Position numbers and translations under genes: made by a program. Positions 1-8,131 of a stretch of DNA of 46,350 bases are shown here, one piece after another (positions within the stretch are counted from its first letter, which is position 1; each line of letters starts with the position of its first letter). The notes beneath the pieces were generated by a model. That model ran no database searches, was not told where the DNA came from, and saw only the letters and a list, made by a program, of their open reading frames with translations. This DNA is from a bacterium (GTDB taxonomy: Bacteria > Patescibacteriota > Minisyncoccia > Phycocordibacterales > Phycocordibacteraceae): positions 1-46,350 of the forward strand of contig JAHFMR010000005.1 of the NCBI GenBank assembly GCA_023267755.1. The letters run 5' to 3'.

Positions 1-53
1 TGGAGGCTCTCGCCTCCTACTCCTGGGGTCAGAACTTCTGGCCGGATCAGGTC

Positions 54-656
54 ATGGCACGGTGGGGAAAAACAGGAATATCCTTCTTCGCCCACGGAGG
101 AATGTGGGGGGACTTCTTCCTCCTGCCAGCGCTCATGGCCTGGGTCATAGTGACCTATGGCTCGACTTGGAGCACCGAGATGATTATGAAGATGGCGGCA
201 ATCGGCGTGCTTGTTACGCTCGGCAACCATCTCATCCTCATCTTCACGCAAGCTATCCCCGATCCGCTCGGATGGAAAGAGGAGAAGTGGTCAGCACTCA
301 TCGCGATGCACTTCGTCTATATGAGTGCCTACGTCGCGCTGGCGGGATTGTTCTACTTCTCGCCAGGCGTGTCGGTGAAGGCAGCGGTGGCTGTGAGCGT
401 AGCCCTAGGGATCCACATGGCCTTTGGGACACACATTCCGCTCGGCTTGCTGAACCTGTGGTACAAGTGGGCGTGGTGCCCGGACTTCTTTAGCAACAAT
501 CCCGGCCTCCCGATCATGACTGCGGGAATCTGGATCACGCTCGCGGCCTTCGCGACTGTTGCTGCAGGTTGGCGCGCCGGACTCTCGGTAGTGATAATCG
601 CCTCTGCTCTCGCTGTTGTGATCCTTGGGATCATAAACGCGAGCCCAAGACACTGA
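54..656 (+). CDS. hypothetical polytopic membrane protein
   Basis: 200-aa ORF with several long hydrophobic segments. The frame has no stop between nt 3 and 54, so the true start may lie upstream of the window. TGA stop at 654-656 is followed by a hairpin terminator. Confidence 0.6.
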   Translation: MARWGKTGISFFAHGGMWGDFFLLPALMAWVIVTYGSTWSTEMIMKMAAIGVLVTLGNHLILIFTQAIPDPLGWKEEKWSALIAMHFVYMSAYVALAGLFYFSPGVSVKAAVAVSVALGIHMAFGTHIPLGLLNLWYKWAWCPDFFSNNPGLPIMTAGIWITLAAFATVAAGWRAGLSVVIIASALAVVILGIINASPRH

Positions 657-672
657 ATCACGTGTTCTTTCC

Positions 673-708
673 CAGCCCGTTGCTTCACGCGACGGGCTGC
701 TTGTTTTT
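673..708 (+). terminator. intrinsic terminator hairpin between convergent genes
   Basis: CAGCCCGT (673-680) pairs with ACGGGCTG (692-699), followed by TTGTTTTT (701-708). Confidence 0.6.
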
Positions 709-718
709 ATATGCGTGT

Positions 719-1735
719 TTATCGGAGGGACACAAGATTTTGGACGAACACATCAGCCGAGCGGTCCCAACTGTACTGCTCCGCCTTGGCACGGCAGTCG
801 GCGGGAGACAGGTCGAGACACTTGAGCGCTGCCTCTTGGAGATCCTCTCCGAGATAACCGTCCTTCCCCACTGTGATAACGTCGCGCGGTCCCATCGAGC
901 TATGTGCGGCGACAGGGACTCCGCAGGCGAGCGCCTCGAGCGCCACAAGGCCGAAGGTCTCGGTGCGCGAAGGAAAGACAAATACATCAGCGAGTGAGAG
1001 CCAGTCGACGAGCTCTTGCCCGCGCTTATAGCCGACAAAGAGGTGATCCTGCCCATACTTCTTTTCAAGCGACTTTCGGAGCGGACCATCCCCAATCACG
1101 AGCTTGGTGCCAGGCAACTTTAATTTCATAAATTCTTCAGGACTCTTCTCCGGAGCGAGACGGCTGAAGTAGACGAACACTGGACTCGGGAGCGCGGGGA
1201 GCGCGGGGAGCGCGGGCGCGCTAGTACGCGTGAAGAGCTTCGTGTCGACGCCAAGCGGCATCACGACCAAGTGTGTGAAGCCGGCTGTTTCGAGCTCTCG
1301 CTTCAGGCTTTCGGTCGACACTATCGTCACTGCTGCCGCTGCATGGAATCGGCGTATAAGCGCGTATACCGGCGTAAGAAGGCCCCGGAGGCGCACATCG
1401 ACATAGAGTTGGAAATGACTGTGATACCAGGTGGAGAAAGGAACCCCCTGTTCCCTGCACACCGAGCGCGCCGCCCAGCCGAGCGGGCCCTCAGTCACGA
1501 TGCACACCGCGTCCGGCTCGATCTCTTTCAACATCTTCTTCACACGCCGTTTCGAGAAGAGTGCGAGACGAATCTCCGGATAAAACGGGAGTGGCACGGT
1601 CGCAAACTGTCCGGGCTCGATGACCGTTACGGTGTATCCGCGCGCGCCAAGGAGCGGGGTGAGCGCCTCGAGCACACGCACGACACCGTTCACCTGCGGC
1701 CGCCACGCGTCGGTCACGAGCACAATATTCTTCAT
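719..1735 (-). CDS. glycosyltransferase, GT4 / group 1 family
   Basis: 338 aa. N-terminus MKNIVLVTDAWRPQVNGVV and C-terminal FVFPSRTETFGLVALEALACGVPV (E-x7-E region) are typical of GT-B group 1 transferases. Confidence 0.9.
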   Translation of the reverse strand: MKNIVLVTDAWRPQVNGVVRVLEALTPLLGARGYTVTVIEPGQFATVPLPFYPEIRLALFSKRRVKKMLKEIEPDAVCIVTEGPLGWAARSVCREQGVPFSTWYHSHFQLYVDVRLRGLLTPVYALIRRFHAAAAVTIVSTESLKRELETAGFTHLVVMPLGVDTKLFTRTSAPALPALPALPSPVFVYFSRLAPEKSPEEFMKLKLPGTKLVIGDGPLRKSLEKKYGQDHLFVGYKRGQELVDWLSLADVFVFPSRTETFGLVALEALACGVPVAAHSSMGPRDVITVGKDGYLGEDLQEAALKCLDLSPADCRAKAEQYSWDRSADVFVQNLVSLR

Positions 1736-2370
1736 ACTGGCGTGTTCTCGATCTCCTTATCCTCCTTGAGGAACTTTCCGCGCATCTTCCAGGTGAACAC
1801 GTAGTACGCCGAGAGCACGAGTGCTGCTATAGCGAGTGCGTATTGCGCATTGTCGATAATCCGCACGATATCGCCACCAAGCGATTCGCCGAGGAAGTAG
1901 CCCGTGAGCAGCAGCGTGCCGTATTCGAGGATAGCCACGAGAACTCCATATTTGAAGAAAACACCAAGCGGCATCTTCACCATCCCCGCTACGACAATGA
2001 AGGCTGAGGCGATGCCGTAGGAGAGCTTGCCGATAAGCATTGTCATCCCGGGCCGCTTCGACCAGAGCACACGCACCTGCTCGAGATGCTCGTCGGTGAT
2101 GCCAATCTTCGTGAGCATCCGCTCGGTAAAGGCGGTACGTCCGCCGAAGTAACCAATCGCGTAGTACGCGCCGTCGAGCCCGATATCGCGGACGAAGAAG
2201 AGTGCCGCTAGGAAATAGATGTTGAAAAAGTCTGCTGCTGCGAGTGTTCCGGCGACAAAAGCGACCACCGGCCCCTCGAGAAACGAGAGTGGAATCAGTA
2301 TCCAATATCGATACTGCAGGATGGCCTGAGTGATGAAGTCGACTGACATCGTTTCCAGGCAGTTTATCAC
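1732..2370 (-). CDS. DedA / SNARE-associated family membrane protein
   Basis: 212 aa with DedA-like LSFLEGPVVAFVAGTLAA and multiple TM segments. Alternative start at 2349 (MSVDF). 4-nt overlap with the downstream glycosyltransferase start. Confidence 0.85.
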   Translation of the reverse strand: MINCLETMSVDFITQAILQYRYWILIPLSFLEGPVVAFVAGTLAAADFFNIYFLAALFFVRDIGLDGAYYAIGYFGGRTAFTERMLTKIGITDEHLEQVRVLWSKRPGMTMLIGKLSYGIASAFIVVAGMVKMPLGVFFKYGVLVAILEYGTLLLTGYFLGESLGGDIVRIIDNAQYALAIAALVLSAYYVFTWKMRGKFLKEDKEIENTPV

Positions 2371-2389
2371 GTTATATAATCAAAGGCAT

Positions 2390-3796
2390 ATGCGTTCGCA
2401 CCACTATTTTGACTGGGAAGGATTCCTCTTCGGGGCGAAGCTGCTAGTAGTTGTCGTCATCGCCGTTTTCGGGGGCCGCTTCGCCCTTGAGTACGCCGCC
2501 ACATCTCACGATGCATCCCCGTCGCTCGTACTTATCCAAGAGACGCGCCCGGCGACCCCACGCGCGCTCGCACTCTCCCTCGCCACCACCACATCAAAAC
2601 ACATTATCCGCACACTCACTTTCAATGACGTCGTTCCGCCAACTGGGAAATTTATCGGCATCGATCTCTCCACAATGGTGCTCACCCTCTATCAAGACGG
2701 CGCAGCTATCGCCAAGTATCCGATACTCGCCAAGGGAGAGGCGGGTTCGCTCTACGAAACGCCTGCCGGCTTCTATACCGCACTGTCTAAAGAGCCGGAT
2801 TACTTCGATGCGAATGCGCAGATTGATCTACCGTGGGAGATACGGTTCTCCGGTAACTACACTATCCACGGATGGCCTCTCGCCGCTGACGGCTCCCCTG
2901 CTGATACAGCGCACGCGGGCGGTGATATCCGACTCTCTACCGACGACGCGAAGAGCGTCTACGACTTTGCTCTCGTAGGCACTGGCATCTTCGTCTATGA
3001 CCCCGCGCGTCCTGCTCCCGCGTCACTCGTGCTCGACGCGCCTCCCGCTCCCTCTATATCGGCGGCTGCATATCTGGTCGCCGATATCGACACCGGGGAT
3101 GTCTTCCTCGAGCGCGGCGCAGGAAATGTCCTCCCGATTACTTCTGTCACTCGGCTAATGACCGCACTCACTGTGAACGAAACGCTTCCCGCCGACACGC
3201 AAGTCGCCCTCCCGCATGGCACCTTAGCCTCTGTGAGAAAAGACGCAGCGAAGACAAAAGAGATGTTCCTCGCGGGTGACTTGCTCTATCCGCTCCTCTT
3301 GGGGTCGAACACCACTGTCGCCAACAGCCTCACTCAGACGTACGGCACTCAAAGCTTCATCGGTTGGATGAACGCTTCGGCAAAAGCGCTTGATATGTCC
3401 TCGACCCACTTCTCTGATGCCCTCGGCACCACGACTGCGAACACGTCGACTACTGACGACCTCTTCCATCTCGCGGCCTATCTCGCAAACAACAAATCAT
3501 TTATCCTTGAGGCTCTGCGTATGCCGGAGAAGGACTTAATTGCCGGGAGTGGGAATGTCTACCGCGCGAACAGGGCGACGACACCCGAGCCCGCGATGCT
3601 TTCTGTCTCTTCTCTCTTTATAAACGGTATCGAACGTCGCGTGGCGATTGTTGTCTTACGTTCCAATGATGCCGCTGCCGACACAGCCGCCCTCACCGCC
3701 TGGGTTAATCAGTCAGCCGAGAGGGGGGCTGATCTTGCTGGTACTACCTGTGTCGCCTGCGCACTCTCTGCTCCCTATCGAAAGATTCAGGAATAG
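2390..3796 (+). CDS. membrane-anchored fusion of a YkuD (L,D-transpeptidase)-like domain and a peptidase S11 (D-Ala-D-Ala carboxypeptidase)-like domain; both catalytic motifs look altered
   Basis: I chose the ATG at 2390 (MRSHH, then a TM segment) over the ORF-track start at 2330, which would overlap the divergent DedA gene. YkuD-like IHGW...HAGGDIRL. S11-like AAYLVADIDTGDVF...PITSVTRLMTAL. Confidence 0.8.
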   Translation: MRSHHYFDWEGFLFGAKLLVVVVIAVFGGRFALEYAATSHDASPSLVLIQETRPATPRALALSLATTTSKHIIRTLTFNDVVPPTGKFIGIDLSTMVLTLYQDGAAIAKYPILAKGEAGSLYETPAGFYTALSKEPDYFDANAQIDLPWEIRFSGNYTIHGWPLAADGSPADTAHAGGDIRLSTDDAKSVYDFALVGTGIFVYDPARPAPASLVLDAPPAPSISAAAYLVADIDTGDVFLERGAGNVLPITSVTRLMTALTVNETLPADTQVALPHGTLASVRKDAAKTKEMFLAGDLLYPLLLGSNTTVANSLTQTYGTQSFIGWMNASAKALDMSSTHFSDALGTTTANTSTTDDLFHLAAYLANNKSFILEALRMPEKDLIAGSGNVYRANRATTPEPAMLSVSSLFINGIERRVAIVVLRSNDAAADTAALTAWVNQSAERGADLAGTTCVACALSAPYRKIQE

Positions 3797-3813
3797 CAGA
3801 TATACTACGGCCT

Positions 3814-4896
3814 ATGCTTCAGCGCTATCGGATGCCGCTTATCTATCTCTTGTGTGGCGGAGTTATTGGCTGGCTTCTTCCTTTTACAAGCCCCATATCT
3901 CCCGCTAATTATCGGGGCGCACTCTTGCGCCAGAGCAGCATCAACTATAAATTCATCAGTCCGCTCTTGGCCTGTGATGTCGGCTCTGAAGAAGCATTTC
4001 CCGAATTCGCGCCGCTCAAGAAGAAGCTGGCAGCACTCACAACCCAGCGAGTGTCAGCGGGTGACGTACAACATATTTCCATCTATCTCCGTTCTCTTGT
4101 GAGCGCGCGTTGGTTCGAAATAAACGGAGACGACACCTACGCACCTGCTAGTCTGCTTAAGATTTTCGTGATGATGGCATATTACAAGGAGGCAAACGAG
4201 ACTGATAATCCAGGCCTTCTGCAAAAGCAAATTCCTTTTGAGGGCTCATCGACCTTCGGCGATAACACGGCAAATGATTCGGTCGGCGGCACTATCGTAC
4301 ATCTTACCAATGGACGATTGTATACCGTTGATCAGATTATCGACCAGATGATTATCTACTCAGACAACGACGCCTACGCAACACTCCTCGACAGCTTTGA
4401 TCCACACACGCTCAAGGCGCTCCAGGCGATATCGAACGACCTCAACATTTCTCTCCCCATAACGCATGCTGAGAATTCACTCAACTTTATGTCGGTTGAG
4501 GACTACGCGATGGTCTTCCGTGTTCTTTTCGGATCCACCTATCTCTCAGAACGTTACTCGGAAAAAGCACTTGCACTCCTCTCGCGGGCCAAGTACACGA
4601 CCGGTATCGTGGCAGGTGTCCCGTCGAACCTCGTCGTTGCGCATAAGTATGGCATCTTAGCGGTACCGGAGGTAAGTCTCGCGACCCCCGATGAGCTCCA
4701 CGACTGTGGCATCATCTACTATCCAGGTCATCCCTATCTTCTGTGTGTGATGACGAAAGGAACCAACCTAATCGCACAACAAACCGTCATCAAGGATGTC
4801 TCTGCGAGTTCCTATCAGTGGCTCAATGCGTTCTATGAGAAACTTCTCTCGTCTTCAACCGCCTCCTCTTCAACTCCATCAATCGTGACGCCGTAA
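3814..4896 (+). CDS. class A beta-lactamase-like serine hydrolase (paralog of 38240-39277)
   Basis: 360 aa with an N-terminal TM/signal segment. Motifs S-L-L-K (SxxK), YSDN (SDN), ENSLN (ExxLN) and HKYG (KTG-like). Confidence 0.8.
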   Translation: MLQRYRMPLIYLLCGGVIGWLLPFTSPISPANYRGALLRQSSINYKFISPLLACDVGSEEAFPEFAPLKKKLAALTTQRVSAGDVQHISIYLRSLVSARWFEINGDDTYAPASLLKIFVMMAYYKEANETDNPGLLQKQIPFEGSSTFGDNTANDSVGGTIVHLTNGRLYTVDQIIDQMIIYSDNDAYATLLDSFDPHTLKALQAISNDLNISLPITHAENSLNFMSVEDYAMVFRVLFGSTYLSERYSEKALALLSRAKYTTGIVAGVPSNLVVAHKYGILAVPEVSLATPDELHDCGIIYYPGHPYLLCVMTKGTNLIAQQTVIKDVSASSYQWLNAFYEKLLSSSTASSSTPSIVTP

Positions 4897-4898
4897 TA

Positions 4899-5102
4899 TG
4901 TGACCCCACGGGGACCGCGAGTACGCTTATCGAAACTTACAGTTTCAGTACACCTTGTGGAGATTTTGCTTCAGGAAATCGCAAAATCTGCTCACAAGGT
5001 CTTCGATTCCCCGCCGCAAAGCCTCCCAGGCTTTGCTTGGGGTCACAACGCAAAACGCCGCCAAACGGCGGCGCTCTGTTTTGCGTTGTGACCCCACGGG
5101 GA
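4899..5102. repeat. 16-nt direct repeat pair (tRNA-Glu 3' end copy) bracketing a hairpin-rich 172-bp spacer
   Basis: tgtgaccccacgggga occurs at 4899-4914 and 5087-5102. The second copy is the 3' acceptor/T-stem end of tRNA-Glu. The spacer carries hairpins at 4932-4946, 4952-5000 and 5039-5095. Confidence 0.85.
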
Positions 5103-5160
5103 ATCGAACCCCGATTTACGCCGTGAAAGGGCGCTGTCCTAACCGTTAGACGATAGGGCC
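5089..5160 (-). tRNA. tRNA-Glu(UUC)
   Basis: Hand-folded cloverleaf: GGCCCTA acceptor, anticodon loop CTTTCAC, T-arm CGGGG-TTCGATT-CCCCG. No encoded CCA. Confidence 0.95.
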
Positions 5161-5274
5161 TCGCTTCGCTCGGCCATACATCCGTCGCCTCGTTCGGAAC
5201 AGGATTCGCCTGTTCACTCTCTCGGCTAGGCTGTAGGGCCGCAACTCCTAAATCCTAGCATTTCCGTGTCTAAA

Positions 5275-5283
5275 TGCTAGAAT
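5275..5283 (+). promoter_or_regulatory. extended -10 promoter (TGcTAGAAT) for tRNA-Ser
   Basis: TGnTAnAAT-type box lies 10 nt upstream of the mature tRNA 5' end and sits inside a 9-bp hairpin CTAGCATTT/AAATGCTAG. Confidence 0.5.
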
Positions 5284-5293
5284 CGCGGAATAC

Positions 5294-5380
5294 GGAGGCG
5301 TGGCAGAGTGGTCGATCGCGCTAGTTTCGAAAACTAGTATGCTCGAAAGGGTATCGGAGGTTCGAATCCTCCCGCCTCCG
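5294..5380 (+). tRNA. tRNA-Ser(CGA), type II with long variable arm
   Basis: Acceptor GGAGGCG/CGCCTCC, anticodon loop TTCGAAA, variable arm ATGCTC-GAAA-GGGTAT, T-arm GGAGG-TTCGAAT-CCTCC. D-stem is weak. No encoded CCA. Confidence 0.88.
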
Positions 5381-5460
5381 CAAAAATAAGGAGTCGTCAT
5401 CGGCGACTATATTTTTGCAGGATGCCGCAGTCCTCTGCGGCGCCGCAGATTCTGGAAATA

Positions 5461-5469
5461 TGGTATAGT
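5461..5469 (+). promoter_or_regulatory. extended -10 promoter (TGgTATAGT) for tRNA-Val
   Basis: Box lies 9 nt upstream of the tRNA 5' end. Confidence 0.5.
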
Positions 5470-5478
5470 CCTTTTTAT

Positions 5479-5554
5479 GCGCCGTTAGCTCAGCTGGTAG
5501 AGCATCTCATTGACGTTGAGAGGGTCGGGGATTCGAGTTCCTCACGGCGCACCA
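5479..5554 (+). tRNA. tRNA-Val(GAC), CCA encoded
   Basis: GCGCCGT acceptor, D-arm GCTC-AGCTGGTA-GAGC, anticodon loop TTGACGT, T-arm GGGGA-TTCGAGT-TCCTC, 3' ACCA. Confidence 0.95.
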
Positions 5555-5568
5555 AAAACTTGATTTCG

Positions 5569-5577
5569 TGCTATAGT
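5569..5577 (+). promoter_or_regulatory. extended -10 promoter (TGcTATAGT) placed 8 nt before the ATG at 5586
   Basis: The spacing implies a leaderless or near-leaderless transcript for the TrmH-family gene. Confidence 0.5.
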
Positions 5578-5585
5578 ATTCTCTA

Positions 5586-6395
5586 ATGAGACCATCTCGA
5601 CACACGAAGCCTCGCGGAGGGCGTTCTCACCCGCCTCGTCACACCTCTGCCGCTATGGGCAAGGTCTATATCTACGGCAAGCACGCGCTTATGGAGGCGC
5701 TTCAGAATACGCCCCGGGTTATCCGCAAGGTGTTCCTCGCTCCCGACCTGCGTGACGCCGATCTGCGCGCACTCCTCGAGAAACACTCTATCCCGACCGC
5801 TACGCTCGCTCCTGGTAAGGGGAAGGAGCTTGTCGGGAGAGAGACGGCACATCAGGGCGTCATCGCTACGATGGACCCCACTGCCCTTCTGATCCCTTTT
5901 GATGATTTTATCGCGACACTCGACACTGCTGCCAATCCCGCTGTTGCCGTGCTCGGCGAAGTACAGGATCCGCACAACGTGGGCGCGATTATCCGCTCGG
6001 CCGCAGCCTTTGGTCTCTCGGCGGTCCTTATCCCCGAACACAATCAGGCGGGCGTCACCGGTGCAGTCGTAAAAACTTCTGCGGGGATGGCATTTCGCAT
6101 CCCGCTTGTCTCTATTGGTAACGTGAACACGACACTCAAGACACTTAAAGAGAAGGGATTTTGGACCTACGGTCTCGCGATGAATGGTACGGCGACACTC
6201 GGGAGTGATGCGTTTGATGCACCAGTCGCATTCGTTATTGGTAACGAGGGTGCTGGCATCCGCCAGATGACCCTCCAAGCCTGTGACGTGACACTCTCTA
6301 TCCCGATGCATCCACGAACCGAATCGCTCAACGCGGCTGTCTCTGCCGCGGTCGTCTTCTACGAGTGGTCTAAGAAACACCCCGAGGCATTATGA
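5586..6395 (+). CDS. SpoU/TrmH-family RNA 2'-O-methyltransferase (RlmB-like)
   Basis: 269 aa. IYGKHALMEAL substrate-binding N-domain, then SPOUT motifs DPHNVGAIIRSAAAFG, FVIGNEGAGI and IPMHPRTESLNAAVSAAV. Alternative internal start at 5655 (MGKVY). Confidence 0.85.
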   Translation: MRPSRHTKPRGGRSHPPRHTSAAMGKVYIYGKHALMEALQNTPRVIRKVFLAPDLRDADLRALLEKHSIPTATLAPGKGKELVGRETAHQGVIATMDPTALLIPFDDFIATLDTAANPAVAVLGEVQDPHNVGAIIRSAAAFGLSAVLIPEHNQAGVTGAVVKTSAGMAFRIPLVSIGNVNTTLKTLKEKGFWTYGLAMNGTATLGSDAFDAPVAFVIGNEGAGIRQMTLQACDVTLSIPMHPRTESLNAAVSAAVVFYEWSKKHPEAL

Positions 6396-7258
6396 CTATG
6401 CGCGATCGCTCATTAATCGCGCTTCCCTGCGGCGACTACGAGCTCCTCGACTCGGGCGAGAATATGAAGCTCGAGCGCTTCGGTGCGGTCGTCGTCGCGC
6501 GCCCCGAGACGCAGGCTCTGTGGCAGAAACAGAAGCCCGAGCTGTGGGACACTGCGCACGCCGTGTTTGCCTTCCGCGACAAGAAGGGTTCCTGGGATAT
6601 CCGCAAGCCGGTACCCGAGTCCTGGCCAGTTATCCGCGAGGGTGTCGCACTCTCGGCGCGCCTTACTGGCTTTAATCACACAGGAATCTTCCCTGAGCAG
6701 GCGCCAAACTGGGCGTGGATTCGCGAGCGTGTTCAAGGCCTCGAACAGCCGAAGGTGCTGAATCTCTTTGGGTATACTGGTGCTGCTTCTGTCGTCGCGG
6801 CGGTAGCGGGTGCCTCGGTCACGCACGTAGACGCCTCTAAGCAGTCGCTCGACTGGGCCCACGAGAATGCGCGTCTCGCGCATCTCCCTGAAGACCGTAT
6901 CCGCTGGATACTCGACGACGCGCTCGCCTTCGCCAAGCGTGAGGCGCGCCGTGGCGCTATCTACGACGGCATCATCCTCGACCCGCCCGCCTTTGGTCGT
7001 GGCGCCAAGGGTGAGGTCTGGAAGATTGAAGAAGATTTACCGAAGCTGCTCGAGATAGTGAAGAGTCTCCTTTCCGACAAGCCGGGTTCCTTCTTCCTCT
7101 TAAACGGCTATGCCGCTGGCTACTCGCCACACTCGTTCGCACAGGCAGTCGAGAGTACTTTTGGTACGGTCGAGGGCGAGGCAGGCGAACTTCTTCTCAA
7201 AGAAGTATCTTCTGACCGTGTTATCCCCGCCGGTATCTATGTGCACTTTGTGCGGTAA
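6392..7258 (+). CDS. class I SAM-dependent methyltransferase (RlmI/RlmK-type catalytic domain, no PUA)
   Basis: 288 aa. VLNLFGYTGAASVVAA (motif I), THVDASK and IILDPPAFG (motif IV). ATGA overlap with the preceding gene. Confidence 0.8.
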   Translation: MTMRDRSLIALPCGDYELLDSGENMKLERFGAVVVARPETQALWQKQKPELWDTAHAVFAFRDKKGSWDIRKPVPESWPVIREGVALSARLTGFNHTGIFPEQAPNWAWIRERVQGLEQPKVLNLFGYTGAASVVAAVAGASVTHVDASKQSLDWAHENARLAHLPEDRIRWILDDALAFAKREARRGAIYDGIILDPPAFGRGAKGEVWKIEEDLPKLLEIVKSLLSDKPGSFFLLNGYAAGYSPHSFAQAVESTFGTVEGEAGELLLKEVSSDRVIPAGIYVHFVR

Positions 7259-7267
7259 TATCTAGAT

Positions 7268-8131
7268 ATGTCACACCAGCATATCGTCGTCCTCTATCAC
7301 GGTAAGTGTCCAGACGGATTTGGCGGTGCGTATGCTGCGTGGAAGAAGTTTGGTGACACCGCGGAATATATCCCTGTTAAGCATGGTGATTCGATACCGG
7401 AGAAGATGGAGGGACGTCAAATATTCCTCGTCGACTTCTGTTACCCAAAAGAAGATATGGAAAGACTCCGAGAGATCGCAGAGTCAGTCACTGTGCTTGA
7501 TCATCACGGGGGCGTTCGTGATGTTGTGACAACATTCCCGGGCATTTTCGATTCAGATCGTTCTGGATCCACTATCGCATGGGGTTACTTCAATCCTGAT
7601 ATTCCAACACCGAGACTCTTCACTCATCTGGAAGATGGCGATCTCTATCGTTATTCGTTCCCCGAGACTAGAGATATTTTCTCCTTTTTGCTCACCTATC
7701 CGTACGAATTCGAGAAGTGGAATGAACTTGTACAGATATTTGAAAATCAACCTACTCGAGATGCCTTGCTCGCAAAAGCAAAAATATATTCAGAATATTT
7801 CTTTCAGTTAGCTGACATGTGTGTGGCCGGCGCGAAAATCGTTTCATTTGAGGGTTATGAATGCTATTTTGCTAACTCTCATCCTGCAACAACAATGAAG
7901 TCGTACGTTGGAAACCAGCTTGTAGAGAAACTGCCACCGATAGCACTTGTCGTTTCCGCACATCCAGATGGATTCGGTGTTTCGATTCGTGGCAATGGTT
8001 CAGTTGATGTGTCAGAGATTGCCAGAAAATATGGCGGTAATGGACATCCAAACGCGAGCGGATTTTTCATCCCCGCATCGGGCCCGCTCCCTTGGCAAGA
8101 GGTAGAAAAGCATGAAAATCCTCGCGATTGA
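7268..8131 (+). CDS. DHH/DHHA1-family phosphoesterase
   Basis: 287 aa. HGKCPDGFGGAYAAW, VLDHH and C-terminal GGNGHPNASGF (DHHA1 GGGH-type motif). Confidence 0.85.
   Translation: MSHQHIVVLYHGKCPDGFGGAYAAWKKFGDTAEYIPVKHGDSIPEKMEGRQIFLVDFCYPKEDMERLREIAESVTVLDHHGGVRDVVTTFPGIFDSDRSGSTIAWGYFNPDIPTPRLFTHLEDGDLYRYSFPETRDIFSFLLTYPYEFEKWNELVQIFENQPTRDALLAKAKIYSEYFFQLADMCVAGAKIVSFEGYECYFANSHPATTMKSYVGNQLVEKLPPIALVVSAHPDGFGVSIRGNGSVDVSEIARKYGGNGHPNASGFFIPASGPLPWQEVEKHENPRD

Noticed and set aside
654-656. Alternative genetic code (UGA recoding as in some CPR lineages).
   Set aside because: TGA terminates well-defined genes exactly where homologous proteins end, for example at 654-656, 19506-19508, 30690-30692 and 32235-32237. 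No conserved gene requires read-through.
4899-5102. A complete integrated prophage or genomic island at tRNA-Glu.
   Set aside because: Only 172 bp separate the direct repeats, and no integrase or cargo genes are present. It is reported only as a scar or miniature element.
4900-5149. Short plus-strand ORFs at 4900-5091 and 4955-5149.
   Set aside because: They run through hairpin repeats and the tRNA-Glu gene and have no coding features.
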